Source of the DNA: an uncultured Acidobacteriota bacterium
GTDB taxonomy: Bacteria > Acidobacteriota > Thermoanaerobaculia > Multivoradales > JAHEKO01
NCBI GenBank assembly: GCA_963713825.1
Contig: CAVQNG010000004.1
Location: forward strand, 64,001-128,000
DNA: 64,000 bases
Direction: 5' to 3'
The notes under the pieces are model-generated. The model was not told where the DNA came from. It searched no databases and saw only the letters and a program-made list of their open reading frames with translations. Positions 29,288 to 38,813 of the stretch are shown here, in pieces. Within the stretch, counting starts at the first letter, position 1, and each line of letters begins with the position of its first letter. The position numbers and the translations under genes were made by a program.

Positions 29288-30259
29288 CTATCCGGTGGGT
29301 GCCGACTCGCTGCCCACAGCGTCTTGCCAACGACTGCGGAGTGATCCCAGAAGCTCGACCTCAGGTACCAATTCCACTCCGAAGCGCTCCTGCACCGCCT
29401 GCCTTGCCGAGAGCATCAACTCCAACACGTCCAGGGCGAGCGCTTGGCCCTGGTTGACGATGACGTTCGCATGCTTGGGGCTGATCTGTGCGTCGCCGCA
29501 CCGGGCGCCCTTCAGACCGCAGGCTTCGATCAGCCTGCCAGCATGATCGCCCGGCGGATTCCTGAAGATCGAGCCAACGTTGGGCCGGCCCGAGGGCAGA
29601 CTCTGCCGGCGTCGCTGATTGAGCTCCGCGATCCGCCCCAGAGCCTTCTCGGCGTCGCCTTCCTGAAGCTGGAACGTAGCGCTGAGGACGACTCCACCCG
29701 AATCCCGCAAGATCGTTCGACGGTAGGCGGGCTGAAGCTCGTCAGGAGTCAGGTGTCGAACCCGCCTGTCGCGTTCGAGAACGACGGTTTCTACCAGCAC
29801 GTCCTTGATCTCGACACCGTAGCTGCCGGCGTTCATGCGGACTGCTCCACCGACTGTCGAAGGAAAGCCAGCCAGGGACTCGAGACCCTCGAACCCCTTC
29901 TCGGCCGCCAGTCGGGCCAACTTTGCCAGCGCCAAGCCGCCTCCAGCCGTCACTCTGGAGCCCTCGAATCGGAACCGAACGAAATCCCCTGCCAATCGCG
30001 CCACGACGCCCGATAGACCTTCATCAGGGAATAGAACATTGGATCCCAGGCCCAAGAGCTCGAACGGCAGTCCCAGCCGTTCGGTGACCGAGAGAAGAGA
30101 CTCGAGCGCTGTCTGAGTGTGCACCTGAACCAGAAACTCGGCAGGGCCGCCGATGCGAAAAGTAGAGTAGCCCGACAGTGCAGCGTCGCGTTCCACTTCG
30201 AGACCTTCGGCTTCTGCCAGTTGGCCGATCGAGTCTTCGAAATGGTTGGGAGTGCTCAC
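29288..30259 (-). CDS. murB: UDP-N-acetylmuramate dehydrogenase
   Basis: TFRIGGPA, LGLGSN, GGAVRMNAG, GSIFRNP and KHANVIVN motifs. Start placed at GTG 30259. Confidence 0.94.
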   Translation of the reverse strand: MSTPNHFEDSIGQLAEAEGLEVERDAALSGYSTFRIGGPAEFLVQVHTQTALESLLSVTERLGLPFELLGLGSNVLFPDEGLSGVVARLAGDFVRFRFEGSRVTAGGGLALAKLARLAAEKGFEGLESLAGFPSTVGGAVRMNAGSYGVEIKDVLVETVVLERDRRVRHLTPDELQPAYRRTILRDSGGVVLSATFQLQEGDAEKALGRIAELNQRRRQSLPSGRPNVGSIFRNPPGDHAGRLIEACGLKGARCGDAQISPKHANVIVNQGQALALDVLELMLSARQAVQERFGVELVPEVELLGSLRSRWQDAVGSESAPTG

Positions 30260-30342
30260 GGTGCGAATCTGGAACGGGAGATAGTCAGCCCCAGCCAAGG
30301 AGCCTGGAGGCAAGAATCGACGGGGCGAATCCGTCTTACGCG

Positions 30343-30372
30343 TTGACGGCCCAAAGAGGCATTCGCTAGCAT
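30343..30372 (+). promoter_or_regulatory. Putative sigma70 promoter of recA
   Basis: TTGACG-N18-TAGCAT about 120 nt upstream of the recA ATG; an AGGAG Shine-Dalgarno precedes the ATG. Confidence 0.4.
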
Positions 30373-30492
30373 CGCGTCCCTGCTACAGAGCGCCCCGATC
30401 GACGATTCGCCAGCCGTCCCAAGAGCGACTAGTATAGCGTTGGCATTCTGAAGCGACCGGTTCCGAGAAGCAGCCCCTCAGGAGTAGAAATC

Positions 30493-31542
<1,050 letters not shown>

Positions 31543-31572
31543 GCCCTGACGGCAAGCCGACGGCGCCACTGG

Positions 31573-33501
31573 GTGTGGTTTGCGCTCGCGATGATCGGCC
31601 TGCTGGCCGTTCAGCCGAGTGCGGGCGCCGAGTTGGAGCTAGAGACCGCCAGCACACACCTGAGAGGAATGTCTCTCGCCCTGACCGTCACGGTCATCGA
31701 CGCTGCGAATGAGGGGCTCATCCAGGTCGAGACCCTTATCGACGGCCGGTCCGTCGACCAACGGGCTCTCTCCGCGGGAGAGCACGAGCTTGTGATCGAA
31801 TCGGTCGAGCTGTCGTCTGGCAGCCACAGCCTTCAGGTCGCGACGCAGGGAGCCCGGGCCCAAACCTCGATTCGGGTGATTCCTGCCTGGCTCTCGATTC
31901 TGCCGCCCCTGGTCGCCATCGGCCTCGCCCTGGCCACCAAAGAGGTCTTGCTTTCGCTGTTTCTGGGGGTGTTCTCAGGGGCCCTGTTTCTCAATAGCTG
32001 GCAACCGCTGACGGCACTGGCTCGCACGATCGACCATTACATCGCCCCTTCCGTCGCCAATCCCGACCAGGCGGCCATTCTGGTGTTCACCACGCTGCTG
32101 GGTGGAATGGTTGGATTGATCAGCAAGAGTGGTGGCCTGATGGGCATCGTGGACCGAATCAAGCCGTTCGCGACCAACCCTCGGCGCGGGCAGTTCGCGA
32201 CCTGGGCCCTGGGCGTCGTCATCTTCTTCGACGACTATGCCAATGTCCTGATCGTCGGATCCACCATGCGGCCGATCACTGATCGACTGAAGATCAGCCG
32301 CGAGAAGCTGGCCTACATCGTCGACTCCACAGCGGCACCGGTCGCCAGCGTCTTCCCTATCTCTTCCTGGATCGGCTTCGAGGTCGGGCTCATCGCTGCC
32401 GCCTTCGTCGCCGTGGACATTCCGTTCAACGCCTACACTACCTTCGTCGCCTCGATCCCCTACCGCTTCTACCCGATTTTCGCTCTGGTCCTGGGTTTCA
32501 CCATCGCGGTGACCGGCAGGGACTTCGGCCCGATGCTCAAGGCGGAGCGCCGAGCGCGCCGGACCGGCAAGCTGATGGCAGACGACGCAGTTCCCTTGGC
32601 CAAGTTCGACACGGAGATCCTCGAACCGCCCCGAGATGCCACCACGAGAGCCATCAACGCCCTGCTGCCCATCCTGGCGGTGATCGTGATCACGATCGCC
32701 GGGATGTACGCCACCGGCAGCGCCGGGCTCGAGAGGGCAGACTTCCAGGACTCCGGTGCTTGGCTGCGAGAGGTTTTCGGCAATTCCGACAGTATCTCCG
32801 CGCTCTGCTGGGCTAGTCTGGGTGGAGTGATCCTTGCCTTCGGGCTTGCACTGGTGCAGCGAATCTTCACTGTGCGCGAGGGCATCGGAGCCATGGTCGA
32901 GGGCTTCAAGTCGGTCTTCATGGCCCTGATCGTTCTGATCCTGGCCTGGTCCATCGGATCCGTCTGCGACGACCTGCATACGGCAGACTTCCTGGTTGGC
33001 CTGGCCCAGGGTGTGATCTCTCCGCAGTGGTTTCCGGTCTTGATCTTCTTACTTTCGGCCGCTGTCTCCTTCGCTACCGGTACCGCCTGGGGGACCCTCG
33101 GAATCCTCATGCCTCTGGTGGTCCCGATTGCCCACGGGCTTTCCGTCAGCTCCGGGTTGGGCCTCGGCAGCGACGGCTACACAACGGTCCTGGTCGGCAC
33201 CATCTCCTCGGTTCTGGCGGGCAGCGTCTGGGGAGACCACTGTTCACCCATTTCGGACACCACGATCCTGTCCAGCACGGCTTCGGGCTCGGATCACATC
33301 GCACATGTTCGAACCCAGCTTCCCTATGCCCTGAGCATGGGCTTTCTGGGCATGCTGATCGGCGACATTCCCACCGCCTACGGCCTGAGCCCATGGATCT
33401 CGCTAGCGCTGGGAACCATAGTCATCGTTGGCGGGGTTCTTTGGCTGGGTCGAAAGGTATCGGATCCACCGCCGGCAACGGCGGTTGGCGACGAGTCCTG
33501 A
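31573..33501 (+). CDS. NhaC family Na+/H+ antiporter or amino-acid transporter with N-terminal exported domain
   Basis: IFFDDYAN, SREKLAYIVDSTAAP, SFATGTAWGT, GDHCSPISDTTILSS and HVRTQLPYA motifs. Confidence 0.9.
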   Translation: MWFALAMIGLLAVQPSAGAELELETASTHLRGMSLALTVTVIDAANEGLIQVETLIDGRSVDQRALSAGEHELVIESVELSSGSHSLQVATQGARAQTSIRVIPAWLSILPPLVAIGLALATKEVLLSLFLGVFSGALFLNSWQPLTALARTIDHYIAPSVANPDQAAILVFTTLLGGMVGLISKSGGLMGIVDRIKPFATNPRRGQFATWALGVVIFFDDYANVLIVGSTMRPITDRLKISREKLAYIVDSTAAPVASVFPISSWIGFEVGLIAAAFVAVDIPFNAYTTFVASIPYRFYPIFALVLGFTIAVTGRDFGPMLKAERRARRTGKLMADDAVPLAKFDTEILEPPRDATTRAINALLPILAVIVITIAGMYATGSAGLERADFQDSGAWLREVFGNSDSISALCWASLGGVILAFGLALVQRIFTVREGIGAMVEGFKSVFMALIVLILAWSIGSVCDDLHTADFLVGLAQGVISPQWFPVLIFLLSAAVSFATGTAWGTLGILMPLVVPIAHGLSVSSGLGLGSDGYTTVLVGTISSVLAGSVWGDHCSPISDTTILSSTASGSDHIAHVRTQLPYALSMGFLGMLIGDIPTAYGLSPWISLALGTIVIVGGVLWLGRKVSDPPPATAVGDES

Positions 33502-33624
33502 CGTCGATGGCGCTCACGAGCCCACTCGAGGTAAGAGCCTAGGACGGGCTGCGCCGGCATCTTCCTGAATCGAAGCCCGGCGGTTCGAACTGGCCTGGGT
33601 CGCCAAGAGGAATTTCTCGCAACC

Positions 33625-36588
33625 ATGTGGTCGTTGTCATCGCAATCGCTCGGGACGCATCGGGCCCTTGTAGCCTGGAAGAGGGTGATCTGGGTCTTCG
33701 CCCTCGCCGCAGTGACCCCGGCCGTGCACGCCCTGGCTCCGGCCTGCAGTCCCTGTGCCGGAATTCGAACCAGTGAACCGGCAAATTTGCTGTCGCAGCT
33801 GCTGGAGGAACCCCAGCTCGAGGAGGCCACCTTTTTCGTGGCCTGGAACGTCGAGCTCATCGAGGGCTCGACAGCCTCTCCTGCAAGGGAGATCGTGGCT
33901 AGCGGGGCCACTCCTCTGCTGGGCCTGGCTTTCCGAACGCCTGCACCTTTGACCGAGCACCTCGACAGCCTGGAAATCGAGTTGGAGTTTGCTTCCCGAC
34001 TAGCTCAGGAGGCGGGACCTGGGACCCAATTCCAGGTCCTATGGCAGCCTGCCGGCTCGACGGACGGGGAGCTTGATGCCGAGCAGTACTCTTTCTTGCT
34101 GAAGCGCGCAACCGTGACGCTGACAGGTGCCCAACCCGACTCCTGGGTCTTCTCCCATCCCCTGCTGCCCGATCGGGAATCGCTGCACCGACTCTTCGAG
34201 CAGGATGTCTCTGCCTATCTGGACGGAATCGTCCTGCAGCCCGTCGATCCAGCGGAGCTCCGCCAGCTCACGGATTTGCTGACTGAGATCGATCCCGGCA
34301 AGCCAGTCGTCATCGACGCGCTGCCCTTCCCCGAACCCGCAGAGCTCACTCTCTCTCAGGCGGCCCGCAACACAGTGGCCGGCGCCTCGATGACGCTGTT
34401 CCAGGAGGTCACCGGTGACACGCCGAACCTGAAGCCGCTCGAGCTGCTGGCCCTCGAATTCCAGGGCGACCTGTCGTACGACCCCTACTCCACCCCATTC
34501 GGCAACGCCGAGGCCTGGACCTTCGTGCGCGGAGAGGACTTGGGGCTGCGCGTCATTGTCGAACACGAAGCCGACTCGACCGAGGCGGCAGTCACCTTTT
34601 CGGATACCAGCCTCCGTCAGCCATCCCGGGTCGACCTTCAAACTGGCCTGAGCTTGGGACTGTACGGCGGCTCGAGAGGTAGCCAGGGACTCGAGCTCCG
34701 ATGGGAGCCACAACAGCGAGTGAGCCTCTTGCAGCTGGAGCGGCAGTCCGTCACAGAACGGGAAGGAGATCGGAGTCTCGAGGAAGAGCTGACGGTGGTC
34801 ACGGAGCGATCGCTGCCCGTCGAGGAGATCCTACGACGTCTGCAGGCCGTCGAAGATGCACAGTCCCGAAGGCTCGAGAACTACTTGGGAGTCAACACGA
34901 CCCACTTGCGCTTCGAGTTCAGCACTCAGGGTGTGGAGGTCACCTTCGAAGGCCGCCTCTTCTACCAGCGGGGCGCGGGATACGACTGGGCCTGGGAGCG
35001 ATTCCTCATCAACGGCTTGAAGTGGAAGGGCCGGACGATGCCACAGATCCCGCTGATTCAGCCCGAACGGGCAGCGAATCTGCCGCTGGAGATCGCCTTC
35101 ACTCGCGACTACAGCTATCAGCTCAGGGGAACGGCCACCATTGACGATCGCGACTGCTGGGTGGTGGACTTTCGCCCTCGGATCACCGACTCGGACAAGA
35201 GCCTTTTCCGCGGCACGGTGTGGATCGATCGCGAGTTGTTCGTGCGGGTGCGCTCGCGGGGGGTACAGCTGGGCCTGGAAGGCGATGTCGTTTCCAACGA
35301 GGAGACCATCCACTACAGGCCCATCGACGCTGCGGGCCAGCCTGCCGATTGGCAAACAGGGAGCTACTGGTTGCCCCTGCGCATGGTCAGCCAGCAGATC
35401 TGGTCCATCTTCAACACCACGACCGTGGTCGAAAAGGAGACTCTGCTGAGCCAGGTCCTGATCAACACCCCGGACCTTGAAGCCGAGCGCACGGTGGCGC
35501 TGGAGTCCGACGCCACCATGGTTCGCGAAACGTCAGAGGGTCTTCGCTACCTGGTGACGGACAAGAAGACCGGTGAAAGGGTTGTGCGGGACAAGCTCAA
35601 TCCAAGTCGCCTTTTTCTGGTCGGCGGGGTCTTCCACGACGATTCTCTCGACTATCCGCTCCCGTTGCTCGGAGTCGACTACTTCACCCTGGACTTACTT
35701 GGCACCGGCGCTCAGTTCAATGCGTTCTTCGGCGGCGCGCTGGTCAACGCCAGCATCGCTGATACCAACGTCTTGAGCTCGAACTTCAGCGCCTCGTCGG
35801 ATCTGTTCCTCGTCGCCGTCCCTTTCACGGACACGCTCTATAGCCAAGGTGAGGAGGTCAAGGCTTTCGACGTCCGGGAGCGGCCGGCCAGCATCGATGC
35901 CGAGCTCGGCCACCTGATCGGTGCCTTCACCAAGGTCAACCTGCAATACGAGCTGCGGCACAGCGCCTACAGCCGGGCGGATGACACGGCGGAGGAATTC
36001 GTCCTGCCGCAGGACCACTTCACGAACGAACTGGGCATGCGGGTGACCTATACCCGCGGTGGCTATCGATTCAAAGTGACGGGCAGTTATTCGAATCGGT
36101 CCAACTGGGAGCCGTGGGGCATTCCCGGCTCCGGCGACTACGACCCGGCGACCAAGGACTACCTGAAATGGGGAGCCTCGCTCGCCAAGACCTTTCACCT
36201 GCCTCGATTCCGCAAGTTCGGTGTGCAGCTCGAGTACGTCGATGGCCAGGACCTGGACCGCTTCAGCAAGTACCAGTTCGGCTCGTTCAGCAAGATTCGC
36301 GTACACGGCTTCCAGAACGGCAAGATCCGGGCAGAGTCAGCAACGGCCCTGAACTTGAGCTACGGTATCGAGATGGGTGAGCTGTTCCGCCTCGAGGCCC
36401 TTGGCGACTTTGCCCTGGCCAATGACATGGCGGAAGGGCTCGACCAGGAGCCACTGGGAGGACTGGGTATCGCCGGCACTATCGTCGGCCCCTGGAAGAC
36501 TCTGGTGCGGCTCGATGCCGGCGTGCCGGTGGTCGGGCCCGACGACGGCTTCACCCTTTTCCTGACCTTCCTCAAGATGTTCAAGTAG
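33625..36588 (+). CDS. Large multidomain putative outer-membrane protein
   Basis: Signal peptide; GH-like N-terminal region; central LolA/RseB-like beta region (CWVVDFRP, FRGTVWID); amphipathic C-terminal strands ending FLKMFK. Start uncertain. Confidence 0.75.
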   Translation: MWSLSSQSLGTHRALVAWKRVIWVFALAAVTPAVHALAPACSPCAGIRTSEPANLLSQLLEEPQLEEATFFVAWNVELIEGSTASPAREIVASGATPLLGLAFRTPAPLTEHLDSLEIELEFASRLAQEAGPGTQFQVLWQPAGSTDGELDAEQYSFLLKRATVTLTGAQPDSWVFSHPLLPDRESLHRLFEQDVSAYLDGIVLQPVDPAELRQLTDLLTEIDPGKPVVIDALPFPEPAELTLSQAARNTVAGASMTLFQEVTGDTPNLKPLELLALEFQGDLSYDPYSTPFGNAEAWTFVRGEDLGLRVIVEHEADSTEAAVTFSDTSLRQPSRVDLQTGLSLGLYGGSRGSQGLELRWEPQQRVSLLQLERQSVTEREGDRSLEEELTVVTERSLPVEEILRRLQAVEDAQSRRLENYLGVNTTHLRFEFSTQGVEVTFEGRLFYQRGAGYDWAWERFLINGLKWKGRTMPQIPLIQPERAANLPLEIAFTRDYSYQLRGTATIDDRDCWVVDFRPRITDSDKSLFRGTVWIDRELFVRVRSRGVQLGLEGDVVSNEETIHYRPIDAAGQPADWQTGSYWLPLRMVSQQIWSIFNTTTVVEKETLLSQVLINTPDLEAERTVALESDATMVRETSEGLRYLVTDKKTGERVVRDKLNPSRLFLVGGVFHDDSLDYPLPLLGVDYFTLDLLGTGAQFNAFFGGALVNASIADTNVLSSNFSASSDLFLVAVPFTDTLYSQGEEVKAFDVRERPASIDAELGHLIGAFTKVNLQYELRHSAYSRADDTAEEFVLPQDHFTNELGMRVTYTRGGYRFKVTGSYSNRSNWEPWGIPGSGDYDPATKDYLKWGASLAKTFHLPRFRKFGVQLEYVDGQDLDRFSKYQFGSFSKIRVHGFQNGKIRAESATALNLSYGIEMGELFRLEALGDFALANDMAEGLDQEPLGGLGIAGTIVGPWKTLVRLDAGVPVVGPDDGFTLFLTFLKMFK

Positions 36589-36609
36589 CTGACCTGACTC
36601 CTCGGCCCC

Positions 36610-36906
36610 ATGCACGACGAATCCGGACCAGAAGGACCCATCGAGCTGGCGCTGACGGACGTGCTCGACCTGCACAGCTTTCCTCCCTCCGAGGTCGCCG
36701 ACGTCGTCCGCAGCTACCTGGAGGTAGCCGCTGAGAACCACTGGCGACAGGTGCGGATCATTCACGGCAAGGGTCAGGGCGTGCAGCGACAGACGGTCCA
36801 AACGATTCTGTCGCGAGATCCCCGGGTCCTCACCTTCAACGACGCGCCTGGCGATGCAGGAGGGTGGGGTGCGACTCTCGTCACCCTCCGAGAGTCGGCC
36901 AGCTAG
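36610..36906 (+). CDS. Stand-alone Smr/MutS2 C-terminal domain protein
   Basis: VLDLH, IIHGKGxG and GGWGAT motifs; 98 aa. Confidence 0.92.
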   Translation: MHDESGPEGPIELALTDVLDLHSFPPSEVADVVRSYLEVAAENHWRQVRIIHGKGQGVQRQTVQTILSRDPRVLTFNDAPGDAGGWGATLVTLRESAS

Positions 36907-36951
36907 AACTTCGGGGTCTCATTCCGGGTGGTGGTAGGCTGAATCTCGAAT

Positions 36952-38772
36952 GTGACTGAAGGCCACTCGCCGCTCTCGCCTATTTTGCGCCGTGCCTGGC
37001 ATCGATTCCGATCGATGGTGCGGGGAGTGCCCGCCGATTTCTTCTTCTCGCCCGATTATCTCGTCGATCTCGGGGGTTCCCCGATCGATATCCACCGCAG
37101 TGAGCGCATCCTGGATTTCTTGCTGGCCGAGAACCTTCTTGGGGGTGAGCATGTTCGACAACCGGTCACCGCTTCCCTGTGGGATCTCCGGCTGGCCCAT
37201 TCGGCCGCCTACCTCGACGAGCTGCGCAGGCCCGAATCCCTGACGCCCATCGTCGGAATGGAAGTTTGGCCAGCCTTGCATGAGCGGGCGCTGCAGGCCC
37301 AAAGGGCAGCCACCGGAGGCACTCTCGCCGCCGCTCGCTCGGCCCTCGAGGGCGAGCGCATCGCTGTCAACCTGGGAGGAGGCTTCCACCACGCCGGCAT
37401 CGACTCGGGAAAGGGATTCTGCATCTTCAACGACGTCGCAGTCGCCATCCGGCGGATTCGGCGAGAGGGCTTCGCGGCGCCCATCCTGATCGTCGACTTG
37501 GATCTGCACGACGGCAATGGCACCCGCCAGATCTTCGCCGAAGACGACTCGGTCTTCACCTTTTCGATTCACAATCGGCACTGGGACGACACAACAGCAA
37601 AGGCTTCCCTCTCCATCGAGCTCGGCGACGACGTCGAAGATGGACCCTATCTCGCCGAGATCGAATCGACGCTTCCAAAGCTGATTCAAGACGTAGGTCC
37701 GGGCCTGGTGTTCTACCTGGCTGGGACCGATCCGGCTTTCGATGACCGGATCGGCAACTGGTCAGTCGGTCCCGGTGGCATGCTCGACAGGGACCGATTT
37801 GTCATCGAGCAGACCCGGGCTCGGCAACGATTGCCACTGGTTGTTTTGCTAGCGGGTGGCTACGGCGGTGAAACCTGGCGCTACAGCGCCCGCTTCTTTT
37901 CCTGGCTTCTGAGCGCAGGTGTTGTCCTCGAGCCGCCGACGACCGAAGAAGTCAAGCTGACCCGCTACCAGCATCTGGCGCACCACCTGGATGGAACGAT
38001 CGCCAAGTCGGACCCAGCTGACGACGACTGGGGTCTGACCGAGGCAGAGCTCTTTGGAAGCCTCGGCGTGGCGGGTCAGGACCAGTTGTTCCTCGGGCAC
38101 CTTTCACAGCACGAGACAGAGCTGGTCCTCGAGTGGACGGGCATTCTGGAGCATCTTCGCCGTCGGGGATTTTCCAATCCCGTCCTCACTTTCGACTGCG
38201 GCGAGAGCTCAGGCGACACCCTACGGATCTTCAGTGACCGAGATCGCAGCGAGCTTCTCATGGAGCTTCGCGTACTTTACGACCGACATTCGATACCTTC
38301 GATGGAGCTCCTGAGCCTCGAATGGCTCCTGCTACAGAACCCCCGTTCGAGCTTCACCAAGCTGCGGCCCTTGCCCGGCCAGACCTACCCGGGACTCGGA
38401 CTGCTGGGTGAAGTTGCGTCGTTGCTGATTCTGCTGTGTGATCGCTTGCGACTGGATGGCTTGATCTTCGTCCCTTCGCACTTTCACCTGGCCGTCAAGG
38501 GCAAGAAGTACCTGCGATTCGTCGACCCCGTGGACGAAGCCTGGTTCCGGGCCGTCTATAGGGCTGTCGAAGATCTTCCGCTGACTGAAGCTTCGACTGC
38601 TGTTTCCCGGAGTCGAATCGTCGATGCAACGAGCGGCAAGCCGTCAGAATGGCATCCCATGTCCATGGTCTTGCCGATCAGCGATCAGCTGCACGATCTG
38701 GTAGAGGGGGAGGCCTACGAGCTCGCGGTCCAAGAGGCCAGTGAAGGCCTCTCATTCATGCTCGCTCCTTGA
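36952..38772 (+). CDS. Zn-dependent histone-deacetylase-family protein with a ~280-aa C-terminal domain
   Basis: GGGFHHA, GFCIFND, DLDLHDGNGT, GTDP and AGGY motifs; the C-terminal domain looks GNAT-like. Confidence 0.9.
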   Translation: MTEGHSPLSPILRRAWHRFRSMVRGVPADFFFSPDYLVDLGGSPIDIHRSERILDFLLAENLLGGEHVRQPVTASLWDLRLAHSAAYLDELRRPESLTPIVGMEVWPALHERALQAQRAATGGTLAAARSALEGERIAVNLGGGFHHAGIDSGKGFCIFNDVAVAIRRIRREGFAAPILIVDLDLHDGNGTRQIFAEDDSVFTFSIHNRHWDDTTAKASLSIELGDDVEDGPYLAEIESTLPKLIQDVGPGLVFYLAGTDPAFDDRIGNWSVGPGGMLDRDRFVIEQTRARQRLPLVVLLAGGYGGETWRYSARFFSWLLSAGVVLEPPTTEEVKLTRYQHLAHHLDGTIAKSDPADDDWGLTEAELFGSLGVAGQDQLFLGHLSQHETELVLEWTGILEHLRRRGFSNPVLTFDCGESSGDTLRIFSDRDRSELLMELRVLYDRHSIPSMELLSLEWLLLQNPRSSFTKLRPLPGQTYPGLGLLGEVASLLILLCDRLRLDGLIFVPSHFHLAVKGKKYLRFVDPVDEAWFRAVYRAVEDLPLTEASTAVSRSRIVDATSGKPSEWHPMSMVLPISDQLHDLVEGEAYELAVQEASEGLSFMLAP

Positions 38773-38813
38773 GCCCCTACGCCTCGAGTCCGATGACGGG
38801 CAAGAGGAAAAGG

